Shown here piece by piece: positions 1 to 8,137 of a DNA stretch of 17,531 bases. The notes below the pieces were generated by a model. The model was not told where the DNA came from and ran no database searches. It saw only the letters and a list, made by a program, of their open reading frames with translations. The translations under genes were made by a program, and so were the position numbers. The DNA is from Leptospirales bacterium (GTDB lineage Bacteria > Spirochaetota > Leptospiria > Turneriellales > JAOUFE01), in assembly GCA_040326155.1 (NCBI GenBank), contig JBEQLE010000083.1, forward strand, positions 1 to 17,531, in the 5' to 3' direction. Positions within the stretch are counted from its first letter, which is position 1, and each line of letters opens with the position of its first letter.

Positions 1-44
1 GATGAAAAAGCGTGTTCATCTTTTTCCAGATTCAATTCATACAT
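1..44 (-). CDS. 5' end of a gene running off the left edge (MYELNLEKDEHAFS...), product unknown
   Basis: ATG at 44..42. AGGAG Shine-Dalgarno at 56..52 with a 7-nt spacer. Frame is open to the window edge, and a sigma70-like promoter lies just upstream. Confidence 0.55.
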   Translation of the reverse strand, partial: MYELNLEKDEHAFS

Positions 45-92
45 AAAACAGCTCCTGTCGCGATTCTGCTTCAACTCGACTCTGCGAAGCGA

Positions 93-120
93 ATTTTACC
101 AGACAGGTTTGACTTGTCAA
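93..120 (-). promoter_or_regulatory. sigma70-type promoter with extended -10 for the gene starting at 44
   Basis: Minus strand reads TTGACA (120..115), 16-nt spacer ending in TGG, then TAAAAT (98..93). Confidence 0.65.
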
Positions 121-186
121 TAAAATTATTTTCTCGGCGAAATTGCCGTGATGCTATTTTGTAAAGTTATTTTGTATAACAAATTT

Positions 187-1176
187 TCATCTGCTCGTAG
201 CCTTCTTTCGAATTCTTTCCATCATCGTCGAATAGGGCGCATTGCTTATAGCCTCTTGATATTTCTTTTTTTTGGCTTCGTCATAATTCCATAGATTTTC
301 TTCTTCTGTCATTTCCATAAAAACAACCTGGTAACGATCATGTATGGCGATAAAAACCTTTAAGAACCCGGGGCTTTGCATAATTTGTTTAAAAACTTTG
401 GGGTGTTTTTTTTCGGCAAATATAAAGTAGTGCAACATATAATAAGTAAATTCCAGGTAGGATTTTTGAATGGCATTGTTTTCTAGTTTCACACCCGACC
501 TGGCCAGGCTCAACGTGGCGCTATCTCCATGGTAGTAAGCGTGGTACTCATCTAAAAGCCAATTGATTCCCAGCGATTGTCCATATTCACCGTCTTCACC
601 GCTTACATAAACAGTGAACCTGCCTTCTCGGGCCCAGGGCTCTTTTATGGAATCGGCCATTTCTTTGGGCGGAAATGATTTTATATTTTCAGCAAATAAA
701 ACGCCTTTGTCTTCAAAGTAGAAACTGGGTTTTTTCTCGCAGTACCAGCCGTTACTACATGTTTTGCCGCGAATTAATGCGAACTGCGTTCCATAGTAAT
801 CACCGGTTCGAATAAAGTTAGTCTGATAAAAGTTAAGCCAATTAAAGGCATGTCCTTCTTCATGAACAATGACATGCAGCCGGTTAATGACCGCTTCTGA
901 ACTTTTATCTTTTTCAAGAAAATTCAAAAAACTATCGTCAGCTCGATTACAAATATTCTTATAATATTTTCTATTACTATTAATCATAAAAAGGCCGGGT
1001 TTGTAATATTGTTTCAATGTTTTCAAAACCAGAGTTTCCAGTTTTTTATCAGGACTTTTCGCCTTTCCTAATGCACAGTTTATAGTAACCATAAAATTTC
1101 CCTGTGGTTTTGCGCTCAGGTAAACGCCGCCTCCGATAAAAACAAGGGCAAGAAATATTGTAACTATGCGTTTCAT
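187..1176 (-). CDS. Exported HExxH zinc-metallopeptidase-like (gluzincin-like) hypothetical protein, paralogue A
   Basis: The ORF track starts at 1233, but ATG 1176 (MKRIVTIFLALVFIGGG...) has GGGAGA upstream and begins a signal-peptide-like segment. Motifs VIVHEEGH (HEEGH at nt 864..850) and WLLDEYHAYYHG. Clearly homologous to 3684..4790. Confidence 0.8.
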   Translation of the reverse strand: MKRIVTIFLALVFIGGGVYLSAKPQGNFMVTINCALGKAKSPDKKLETLVLKTLKQYYKPGLFMINSNRKYYKNICNRADDSFLNFLEKDKSSEAVINRLHVIVHEEGHAFNWLNFYQTNFIRTGDYYGTQFALIRGKTCSNGWYCEKKPSFYFEDKGVLFAENIKSFPPKEMADSIKEPWAREGRFTVYVSGEDGEYGQSLGINWLLDEYHAYYHGDSATLSLARSGVKLENNAIQKSYLEFTYYMLHYFIFAEKKHPKVFKQIMQSPGFLKVFIAIHDRYQVVFMEMTEEENLWNYDEAKKKKYQEAISNAPYSTMMERIRKKATSR

Positions 1177-1267
1177 ATTTGAATCTCCCGTTTGACCAAC
1201 CGGCCTCTCTTTATATTTGCAGTTTTCATACATTGAAACTTACTGCAAGCAGAAAATATAATTTATG

Positions 1268-1340
1268 GGGGGCTTAGCGCGCCCCTCGCACCGGCTTTTT
1301 GGTAATACCAAAAGAGCCTATGCTACCCCCCGCGTATTTT
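1268..1340 (-). repeat. Dispersed structured intergenic element, copy 1 (REP/MITE-like or cis-RNA)
   Basis: GGGGGCTTAGCGCGCCCCT (1268-1286) is identical to 12147-12165. CTACCCCnCGCnTATTTT (1323-1340) matches 12211-12228 at 16/18. Internal hairpin ggctttttggt-aat-accaaaagagcc (1293-1318). Confidence 0.85.
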
Positions 1341-1407
1341 AGTTTTATACAAAGATCGAAGGATTTTTTGTGGGGGAGGTGTTATACGAAATATTTTGAG
1401 GTTTATC

Positions 1408-1435
1408 AAAAAAGAAGCCGAAAATACATGTTCGG
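1408..1435 (-). terminator. Possible weak intrinsic terminator of the TA operon
   Basis: Minus strand CCGAA-8-nt loop-TTCGG followed by CTTCTTTTTT, starting 5 nt after the antitoxin stop. Confidence 0.4.
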
Positions 1436-1439
1436 GAAA

Positions 1440-1748
1440 TTAAGATGCTATTTTAGTGATCTTAAGATCCGCTTTATAGCCTAGTGCACTTAGCACTTTA
1501 AGCATGAAATCGGTTGATAAACCCATGGTATTATAATTAAGCAATGCAGTCAATCTGGTTCTCGATACATGTGCAATTTTAGCTAAACCTTCATGTGTCA
1601 TATTTGAATTTTTAAACTTTTCAACAATTGCCATGTTAAGCTTTGCTCGAAATTCCATTTCAGCTCCATCACCAGGACTTAAGCCCAGGATTTCTGCTAA
1701 TTGCTGGCTATTTTTTGCTACAATCTTTTCTTCTTTTTCCGTTTTCAT
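1440..1748 (-). CDS. XRE/HTH antitoxin, HigA-like
   Basis: 102 aa with a Cro/C1-type HTH (MTHEGLAKIAHVSRTRLTALLNY...LSTDFMLKVLSALG). Directly coupled (TGA-A-ATG) downstream of a RelE-type toxin. Confidence 0.88.
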   Translation of the reverse strand: MKTEKEEKIVAKNSQQLAEILGLSPGDGAEMEFRAKLNMAIVEKFKNSNMTHEGLAKIAHVSRTRLTALLNYNTMGLSTDFMLKVLSALGYKADLKITKIAS

Positions 1749-1749
1749 T

Positions 1750-2082
1750 TCATTGCTCCGAGTTTAACATTTTCGCCAATCTTTTCTTCGCAACTTCAAT
1801 TTCTCGAATCGGCGTATTCGAAGTTTTCTTCATAAATGCATGAAATATTAAAAGCTCATCTTTGACTTTTGTATAATAAAATATTCTAAAATTTCCTGAG
1901 CGATCTTTTATCCTAAGCTCTGATGCACCTTTGGCTACAGAAGGCATTGGGCGTGAGTTTGGCATCCCTAATACTTTTCCCTCTTGAAGAACCACCAGTA
2001 ACTTACCAAATTCCATTTTTGCGTCCTTCGGAAACCCTTTAATTGCCTTTCGTGCATTAGGATCAAAGACTACATCTTTCAT
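1750..2082 (-). CDS. Type II TA toxin, RelE/ParE superfamily (HigB / Gp49-like, DUF891 type)
   Basis: 110 aa with GMPNSRPM, GASELRIKD-SGNFRIFY and LIFHAFMKKTSNTP..EIEVAKKRL, which are typical of this family. Toxin-first gene order as in higBA. Confidence 0.9.
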   Translation of the reverse strand: MKDVVFDPNARKAIKGFPKDAKMEFGKLLVVLQEGKVLGMPNSRPMPSVAKGASELRIKDRSGNFRIFYYTKVKDELLIFHAFMKKTSNTPIREIEVAKKRLAKMLNSEQ

Positions 2083-2089
2083 AAAATAA

Positions 2090-2118
2090 ATCGTCCCTTA
2101 TCCGAGACAAAGTGTCAA
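2090..2118 (-). promoter_or_regulatory. TA promoter with overlapping inverted-repeat operator (probable antitoxin autorepression), likely leaderless
   Basis: TTGACA (2118..2113), 17-nt spacer, GACGAT (2095..2090), then 7 nt to the ATG at 2082. Inverted repeats TTGTCTC-N6-GGGACGA (2110..2091) and GACA-N3-TGTC (2116..2106). Confidence 0.65.
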
Positions 2119-2519
2119 CACTATAATATAAAGAATCGTAGATAATAACAATTAATTATTCGCTAAACCTCCATGTTTAGCTCAATGTAGTTTCAAAACA
2201 TCAGATGAAATTAAAGTGTGACTCGGAAATTGGTATGATATATTATAATACTACACTCTGAGATAAATATGGCTTTTAAAAAGTTTATCTAATTTTAATT
2301 CCTGTACTTAAGTTTCTACAGTTATAATTTACTTTTCTTAGAGGAAGATTGCGATTTTTCAATTGACATTAAGTTTCTGAGATTTAACATATTTCGTAAC
2401 TTTCACTAAAGAATATTAATTTGTTGATTGGTAAAAACTTTCTTTAATCATATATAATAGCACAATACCAACTTCAGATAACGAGTCTTGATTTGCTCAG
2501 GCGCGACTGACTTTGGCTA

Positions 2520-3581
2520 TTACTTCTTAGTCATGCGCCACACCCCATTCCAGTCCTTTGGTGGGGGGATTTCTTGAAAACGTTTTATTCGCGCTAAAAA
2601 TAATTTGCTGGGATAATCGGCTTTGTTTATTTTCAGGCATTGTTTAAATAAGGAGATGGCGTCTTCCCATTCCATTTGTTCATAATGTATAAATGCTTTT
2701 TCATATGCATCTTTTAATTCTAATACGGCAGGTTCAATTTTATTTTTTTCTCCGATCAATTCATAAACCGTAACCGGTTCTTGCTTGCCTACTACGATAA
2801 TGTTATCGAGTTTTCTGGTTTCAAATTCATCTTTTACCATTTCATAAGTAGTATCATTCATCATTATACGAGTCCCATATTGCTTGTTGGCGCTTTCGAG
2901 ACGCGCGGCTATATTTACCGTGTCTCCCATTACCGTATATGATTTGGATTTATTCGAACCGATATTTCCCGCAATCACATCTCCGGTGCATAACCCCACT
3001 CGTATATTTATTTTTGGTAAATCTTTTCTAAAGCCTAAAATTTCTGCCATATTGTCATTCAGCTCGTCAAGTTTTGAAAACTGTTCCAGCGTCGCTCTGC
3101 ATGCAAGTTTTGCATAAATCGATACATGGTGTAATTTCAACTCCCCCAGCATCACGGCTTCCGCTTCCTTCATATTTAGTTTTGAGATAATTGTTACTAC
3201 TTTATTCAGATTTTCATCGAGTTCATCCATTTCATCTTCGAGCTTGTCGACGCTTTCATAGTAGCGTAACATATTGTTGGACTTTTTTATTTTAATAACG
3301 CTTAACGCATGCTGCTGAAAATCACGATGCTCTTTTTCAATTATTCTCAGAATTTTTTCAAGAATAATTTCCTGTTCCAGTGAAACAATATCAATATTAG
3401 CAACCATGTTAGACAAAGGAATAACTCCGTTTGCCAGCACTACCAGTTGGTTGTCTGTTTTTCTCGCTTGTATAAACGATATAAAAATAACGATGAACAT
3501 GATCAAAAGCAAAACCACCATAGAACCGGTAATTTTCTTTCCTAAAGATATTTTATTTAAGAATTCCATTTTTATCGCCAA
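2520..3581 (-). pseudogene. Class III adenylate/guanylate cyclase with an in-frame internal deletion (probable pseudogene or pseudo-enzyme)
   Basis: N-terminal TM plus a chemoreceptor-like helical region, fused directly to the C-terminal half of a cyclase domain (IRVGLCTGDVIAGNIGS...YTVMGDTVNIAARLE...VVGKQEPVTVYEL) and a TPR-like tail ending WNGVW. No second TM, no HAMP, and no FxDI / DKFIGD metal-binding motifs. TTG start with GAAAGGTA upstream. Confidence 0.75.
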
Positions 3582-3683
3582 AATATTTTTTACCTTTCTG
3601 GCAGTTTTACAATAAAGACTAACCTTACAAGCGAAAGTTTCATGAATACATTAGACAAAACAAATATTCTGCCGGCAATACAA

Positions 3684-4790
3684 CTACCGTTGGGTGACTT
3701 GCTTTCTCAGAAAGTTTTCCATCTGAACGTATTTTTTGCTTTCCAGTACTTTTATATATCTTTCCGTTTTATGCCGGTCGTGAAACGCATACTCATTGCC
3801 GATCTTTATTCGATCTTCCGCCGGACGAGAAATGTCTTCACCCTGTTTTTGTAAATCGGTAAGTAAATCTTTTTCAATTTTATGAAATTCTTTTTTAAGA
3901 TTCTGGTGAAGTTTATCTATTGTTAAAAAGGCATAGACAAATGGCTTGTTTTCTATAATATTATTATATATTTCGAGATGCTTCTCTTTTGCATAAATAA
4001 GATATGTTAAAATATAGACTTTAAATTCATAGTAAGCGAGATAATTGCTATACATCGTTTGTAAAAAATTTGCCCATCTTATTTGGCTGTTTTCATGCGG
4101 GGCTTCGCGTTTATAATACGTAAACATATCCAGCGTGGCTCTTTTGCCATGGTAATAGGAGTTAAACTCGTCGAGCAAACCATATATGCCATATACCTGC
4201 GTACTCGGATTTAAATTCGAAGGATAAACATAAATTTCGTAATAATTTGACCCCGGCCCCTCAACATTTTTGCTTTCACCGGTAATAAATTCGGGAAGCA
4301 TAAAACGCATCTCTTTTGCGGGAAATGTCGTCGTGCGCTGCACCAAAACTGCTTTACTAACGTCGGTGTGGTATAACATACCGGAGAATGTTCCCGTACT
4401 TAGACCCGACGTAATTATATGGTTACCTTCATGAACAATAACCTGCATAGAAGATAGTGTTCCCGTTTTATTTTTCCCAAATGAAAACCAGTAATCGGGT
4501 ATTTTACCATCCTTCATAAAAGTCAGCCCTTTTATGGTCTTTAGCTTATGTAGAATATAGTTTGCATCGGGAGAATATTTGCTGGCCAAATACATGGCAA
4601 ACTCGTCCCCCTCTGAATTTGCAGAATATTTTCGATTTTTGTACTTTGTATTCGAATCGGTTTGCTCATACGATGAAGAAACTGAGAATAGAGTAACTAT
4701 GGGAATGACTGAAATTATGACTACCGGAATATATATTTGAATAAGCCTATTCCTTAAAAACTTTGCGCAATTTACACCTGAAAAATTCAT
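3684..4790 (-). CDS. Exported/membrane-anchored HExxH zinc-metallopeptidase-like hypothetical protein, paralogue B
   Basis: N-terminal hydrophobic segment. VIVHEGNH, FPAKEM, GLLDEFNSYYHG and YEFKVYILTYLIYAKEKH all align with paralogue A. Confidence 0.82.
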   Translation of the reverse strand: MNFSGVNCAKFLRNRLIQIYIPVVIISVIPIVTLFSVSSSYEQTDSNTKYKNRKYSANSEGDEFAMYLASKYSPDANYILHKLKTIKGLTFMKDGKIPDYWFSFGKNKTGTLSSMQVIVHEGNHIITSGLSTGTFSGMLYHTDVSKAVLVQRTTTFPAKEMRFMLPEFITGESKNVEGPGSNYYEIYVYPSNLNPSTQVYGIYGLLDEFNSYYHGKRATLDMFTYYKREAPHENSQIRWANFLQTMYSNYLAYYEFKVYILTYLIYAKEKHLEIYNNIIENKPFVYAFLTIDKLHQNLKKEFHKIEKDLLTDLQKQGEDISRPAEDRIKIGNEYAFHDRHKTERYIKVLESKKYVQMENFLRKQVTQR

Positions 4791-4901
4791 ATCGTTTAAT
4801 TGAACTAATAATTGTGTCTAAAGCGGGTGGCGTCAAACCTTTTTCGCGATTTCAATTCATTCGAATCAATTAAACCGAAGTTATTTGTCGATACTTAACT
4901 A

Positions 4902-7427
4902 ATGCCATATCCAAGAATAATTTCTAATCTAAGTGTAGTACTTCTTGTTTTGCTTATGTCCACTTCGGCAAAATCTGTTTCATCTGAAAAGTCCGATAAA
5001 CCTGTTAAACTCAGTGAGCAAAATAAAAAGTTACTCCATTTTGCTGTAAATGGTTATCGGGACGGAATCGTACGGGTGCTAAAAGAAGGGGCCGATATCA
5101 ATGCGCGTGACAACTCACTCAGGAACGAAGGTGAGACTGCGCTGATGAAAGCAGTACAAAATAATGATCTTGCGACCACCCGACTGCTTATTGAAAGAAA
5201 GGCAAATATCGATGCCACAGACGCCAGGGGTGAAACCGCTTTGTTGCTTGCCGCTTATTTAGGTCATAATGAAATGACTCGGCTGCTCGTTGAAAAAGGA
5301 GCCAACGTAAATATCGTAAACAAGTTGGGAATCAGCCCTCTATTTATTGCCTCAGATCGGGGAAGAATCGAAATTGTACAATACCTGTTAAAGCACGGTG
5401 GCCGAGCTGAGCCACTAAAATCTGGATATAATGTATTGATGGCCACTTCTAAAAACGCCCCGCAAATTCTGGAAATATTTTTGGAACTGGGCATGAACCC
5501 CAATACTGAAAACACCAGAGAGGTAACGCCATTAATGGAGGCAGCCTGTGCCAATAACGTTGAAACAATGAAATTGCTAATACAATTCGGCGCCGACCTG
5601 AACCATAAAAATAAGAAAGGGAAAGGGGTGCTGGAATATCTCTATTTATGTGAAGGTATGTACAACCACGGATTTACATACAAACAAAAGATTTTCCGTC
5701 TGATTATGGAAAAAAATCCTTCGATGATGAAAGAACTTTATAGTTCTAATGTGTTTCATCGTATTATCGGAGAAGCAAATAATATAAACAAAAATTCTGA
5801 TCTGGTTCCAATTAAACAAATTATAGATTTGACCGATCTGCGGTTACTGAACTCGGTTGATTCCGCTGGCTATACGGTATTGGATAAGTTTTACTTATAT
5901 TATGGCGTTAAAGAAAACTGGCTTTTCACATACCTTGAAAAGAGAGGTGCCAAAGCTCCCCAAAAACAGCTAATTGCAGAATTGAATTTAATTAAAAAGC
6001 AGATGTCTGTTCAGCCCTCTAAAGAACCGACAGCAAAGCTTGTAAAACACTTTCAAGAGCTTATGCAAAAATTCGGCAAAACGGATACAATGCGATCAAT
6101 ATATAGAATATATCCTCGTTCTGTTTTTTTTGCATTGCTTACCAAAGCGAATGTCTTTCCGGAAAGTTTTTATAGCGATTCAAATTATGTTTTTAATTTA
6201 TGCCGGAACGGTCATGAAGACAAGTTGCTCGAGTACTATGATAAAAATTATTCTTTGAGTCAGGTAAACGAAAAGCGACTTATTGATACCGACGACGATG
6301 GTTTGTTCGTAGATTTTAGATATTTTGCCGCAAATATATTTATATATTGTAGCACAAGAGCGACGAAGAAAATGGTTGAAAGAAATGAGCCTGTGCTTTA
6401 TTCCGCGTACCCTTCTATCATGTTAATGCAAGGCCAGAATGTAAGTAAAGGACAAATAATAACAAAAATAGAGAAGTTCAAACTTGTGTTAAAGCAGGCT
6501 GCAACAAAACCGGACGCTGAAATATGGAGTGTATTACCACTGAAAATTATTCAAAGATCTTACAATATCCGATGGCTGCTAATGCTATTGGAATACCCTT
6601 TGAATTTACAAGTCACAGATAACCGGGGGAATAACCTGGTTCATTTTTTATTACAAAAAGGGAACAAAAAGTTCTACTCGCCATTAACGCAATCAGAATT
6701 GAAAGTTTTAAATCTGGTAATAACGAAAGCAACAAATGTAAATGCCCAAAATAATGACGGCGACACAGCTTTAATGTTGGCCGCGCGCCGGGGGTATCAC
6801 TCGCTGGTGAAACTTCTAATTTCTAGAGGGGCAAATATTGGCCATAAAAACCAGCTTTTTGAAGATGCGCTATTTGCGGCAAAACTAAACCGTCATACTT
6901 CAATTACGGAATTATTATTATCAAAGGGGGCGAAGGCAGACCGGTTGGAGTTTTTCAACGATCTCCATACAGAACAAAAACTCAGCAGCTTTCTTTTAAA
7001 AAAATACCGCCTTAGATATTCTGAAAGTCTTCGAAAATATGTTGGCCTATACGGTTATACGCTAAACTTTGGACCTACCGAATTTATGATGCTAAACAGA
7101 TCGATAAATGACTGTAGTGCGTATCGAGCTGTGCAATCAAAAGACCTGGTTTTATTACAAAGACTTCTAGAATATGGGTATTCACCAAATTGCCTGCAGG
7201 TTGTTTCGAACAAAGCTTATTCATACATCCAGGGTACGCCACTAGGTATCGCTTTGAATCGAAAGAACGTTGAAGCAGTTAAGCTCTTATTCGAATATGG
7301 AGCCGATCCTGAGTATGTCAATAAATGGGGGAAAACCTATTTGGATTATAATCGCGACAAAGAATCCATGCAGCTTCTAAAAGAAGCAATCGAGAAGAAA
7401 AAACAGGAGAGTAAGAATGTTCCGTAA
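4902..7427 (+). CDS. Secreted ankyrin-repeat protein with two ankyrin blocks separated by a non-repeat core
   Basis: Signal-peptide-like N-terminus. Repeats GETALMKAV, GETALLLAA, GISPLFIAS and EVTPLMEAA in the N-block; GNNLVH, GDTALMLAA, EDALFAA and GTPLGIAL in the C-block. Confidence 0.92.
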   Translation: MPYPRIISNLSVVLLVLLMSTSAKSVSSEKSDKPVKLSEQNKKLLHFAVNGYRDGIVRVLKEGADINARDNSLRNEGETALMKAVQNNDLATTRLLIERKANIDATDARGETALLLAAYLGHNEMTRLLVEKGANVNIVNKLGISPLFIASDRGRIEIVQYLLKHGGRAEPLKSGYNVLMATSKNAPQILEIFLELGMNPNTENTREVTPLMEAACANNVETMKLLIQFGADLNHKNKKGKGVLEYLYLCEGMYNHGFTYKQKIFRLIMEKNPSMMKELYSSNVFHRIIGEANNINKNSDLVPIKQIIDLTDLRLLNSVDSAGYTVLDKFYLYYGVKENWLFTYLEKRGAKAPQKQLIAELNLIKKQMSVQPSKEPTAKLVKHFQELMQKFGKTDTMRSIYRIYPRSVFFALLTKANVFPESFYSDSNYVFNLCRNGHEDKLLEYYDKNYSLSQVNEKRLIDTDDDGLFVDFRYFAANIFIYCSTRATKKMVERNEPVLYSAYPSIMLMQGQNVSKGQIITKIEKFKLVLKQAATKPDAEIWSVLPLKIIQRSYNIRWLLMLLEYPLNLQVTDNRGNNLVHFLLQKGNKKFYSPLTQSELKVLNLVITKATNVNAQNNDGDTALMLAARRGYHSLVKLLISRGANIGHKNQLFEDALFAAKLNRHTSITELLLSKGAKADRLEFFNDLHTEQKLSSFLLKKYRLRYSESLRKYVGLYGYTLNFGPTEFMMLNRSINDCSAYRAVQSKDLVLLQRLLEYGYSPNCLQVVSNKAYSYIQGTPLGIALNRKNVEAVKLLFEYGADPEYVNKWGKTYLDYNRDKESMQLLKEAIEKKKQESKNVP

Positions 7428-8082
7428 TTACATCGCAAGGTCAAGATATACGATTGTAATATTTTTCAGCATATTTATTTCATTTTTTGCAGCCGCCGCA
7501 TATGGCTTTGCCTCAAATTCCTACCATGTAAAACCGGGAGCAAGCTCTGAAGAGATTATGGCTATTGTCCAAAAAATGAAACCCGGCGACACACTCTATT
7601 TTCAGCCCGGTCTTTATAAGATAAAAGAAACTATTTCGATACGCGAAAAAAGTGAAATTACGATTGCCGGCCAAAAAGGAAGTGAGGTTGTTCTGGATAA
7701 AAAAGATGCCGTAGTATTCTATATCAGCAGGTCAGATAACATTGTCATTCGCGGTATGAAAGCACGGCATGAAGAGCCAATACACCCCGGAGAATTTTGC
7801 ACTGCGGGAGTCCTTATAATCAGCTATTCACACGATATTCTGGTCGAGAATATGGAACTTAACGGGTCCGGTACTCATGGGGTAGAAATCGCCAGTTCTA
7901 CAAGTGTCACTGTGCGTAAATCTTATTTGCACCATAACTCCGTTGCCGCTCTTGGGCTATATAATCCCGTGGATAATATTTTAATTCAAAACATTAAAGC
8001 TGACAATAACCCCAAATTTGTCGATACTAATATTTTCGACTTGGAAGCGGTGGTTACATTTAAAAACAACAAGGTGAAATAA
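7417..8082 (+). CDS. Exported right-handed parallel beta-helix (pectin lyase-like fold) protein
   Basis: Signal peptide. MKPGDTLYFQPGLY N-cap motif and repeated coils (SDNIVIRG, SHDILVEN, STSVTVRK, VDNILIQN). Overlaps the ankyrin gene by 11 nt. Confidence 0.85.
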   Translation: MFRNYIARSRYTIVIFFSIFISFFAAAAYGFASNSYHVKPGASSEEIMAIVQKMKPGDTLYFQPGLYKIKETISIREKSEITIAGQKGSEVVLDKKDAVVFYISRSDNIVIRGMKARHEEPIHPGEFCTAGVLIISYSHDILVENMELNGSGTHGVEIASSTSVTVRKSYLHHNSVAALGLYNPVDNILIQNIKADNNPKFVDTNIFDLEAVVTFKNNKVK

Positions 8083-8137
8083 ACAAAACAAAAAATCGCT
8101 TTACTGGAAATACAATTTATGCATAAATGCTTTTCAT

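Noticed and set aside
1177..1233. N-terminal extension of paralogue A given in the ORF track
   Set aside because: The SD and signal peptide fit ATG 1176.
168..1393. 13-bp inverted pair TATTTTGTATAAC / GTTATACGAAATA flanking paralogue A (TIRs or attC core sites)
   Set aside because: AT-rich and short, with no target-site duplication or transposase. The AAC/GTT boxes are 1.2 kb apart rather than forming an attC hairpin.
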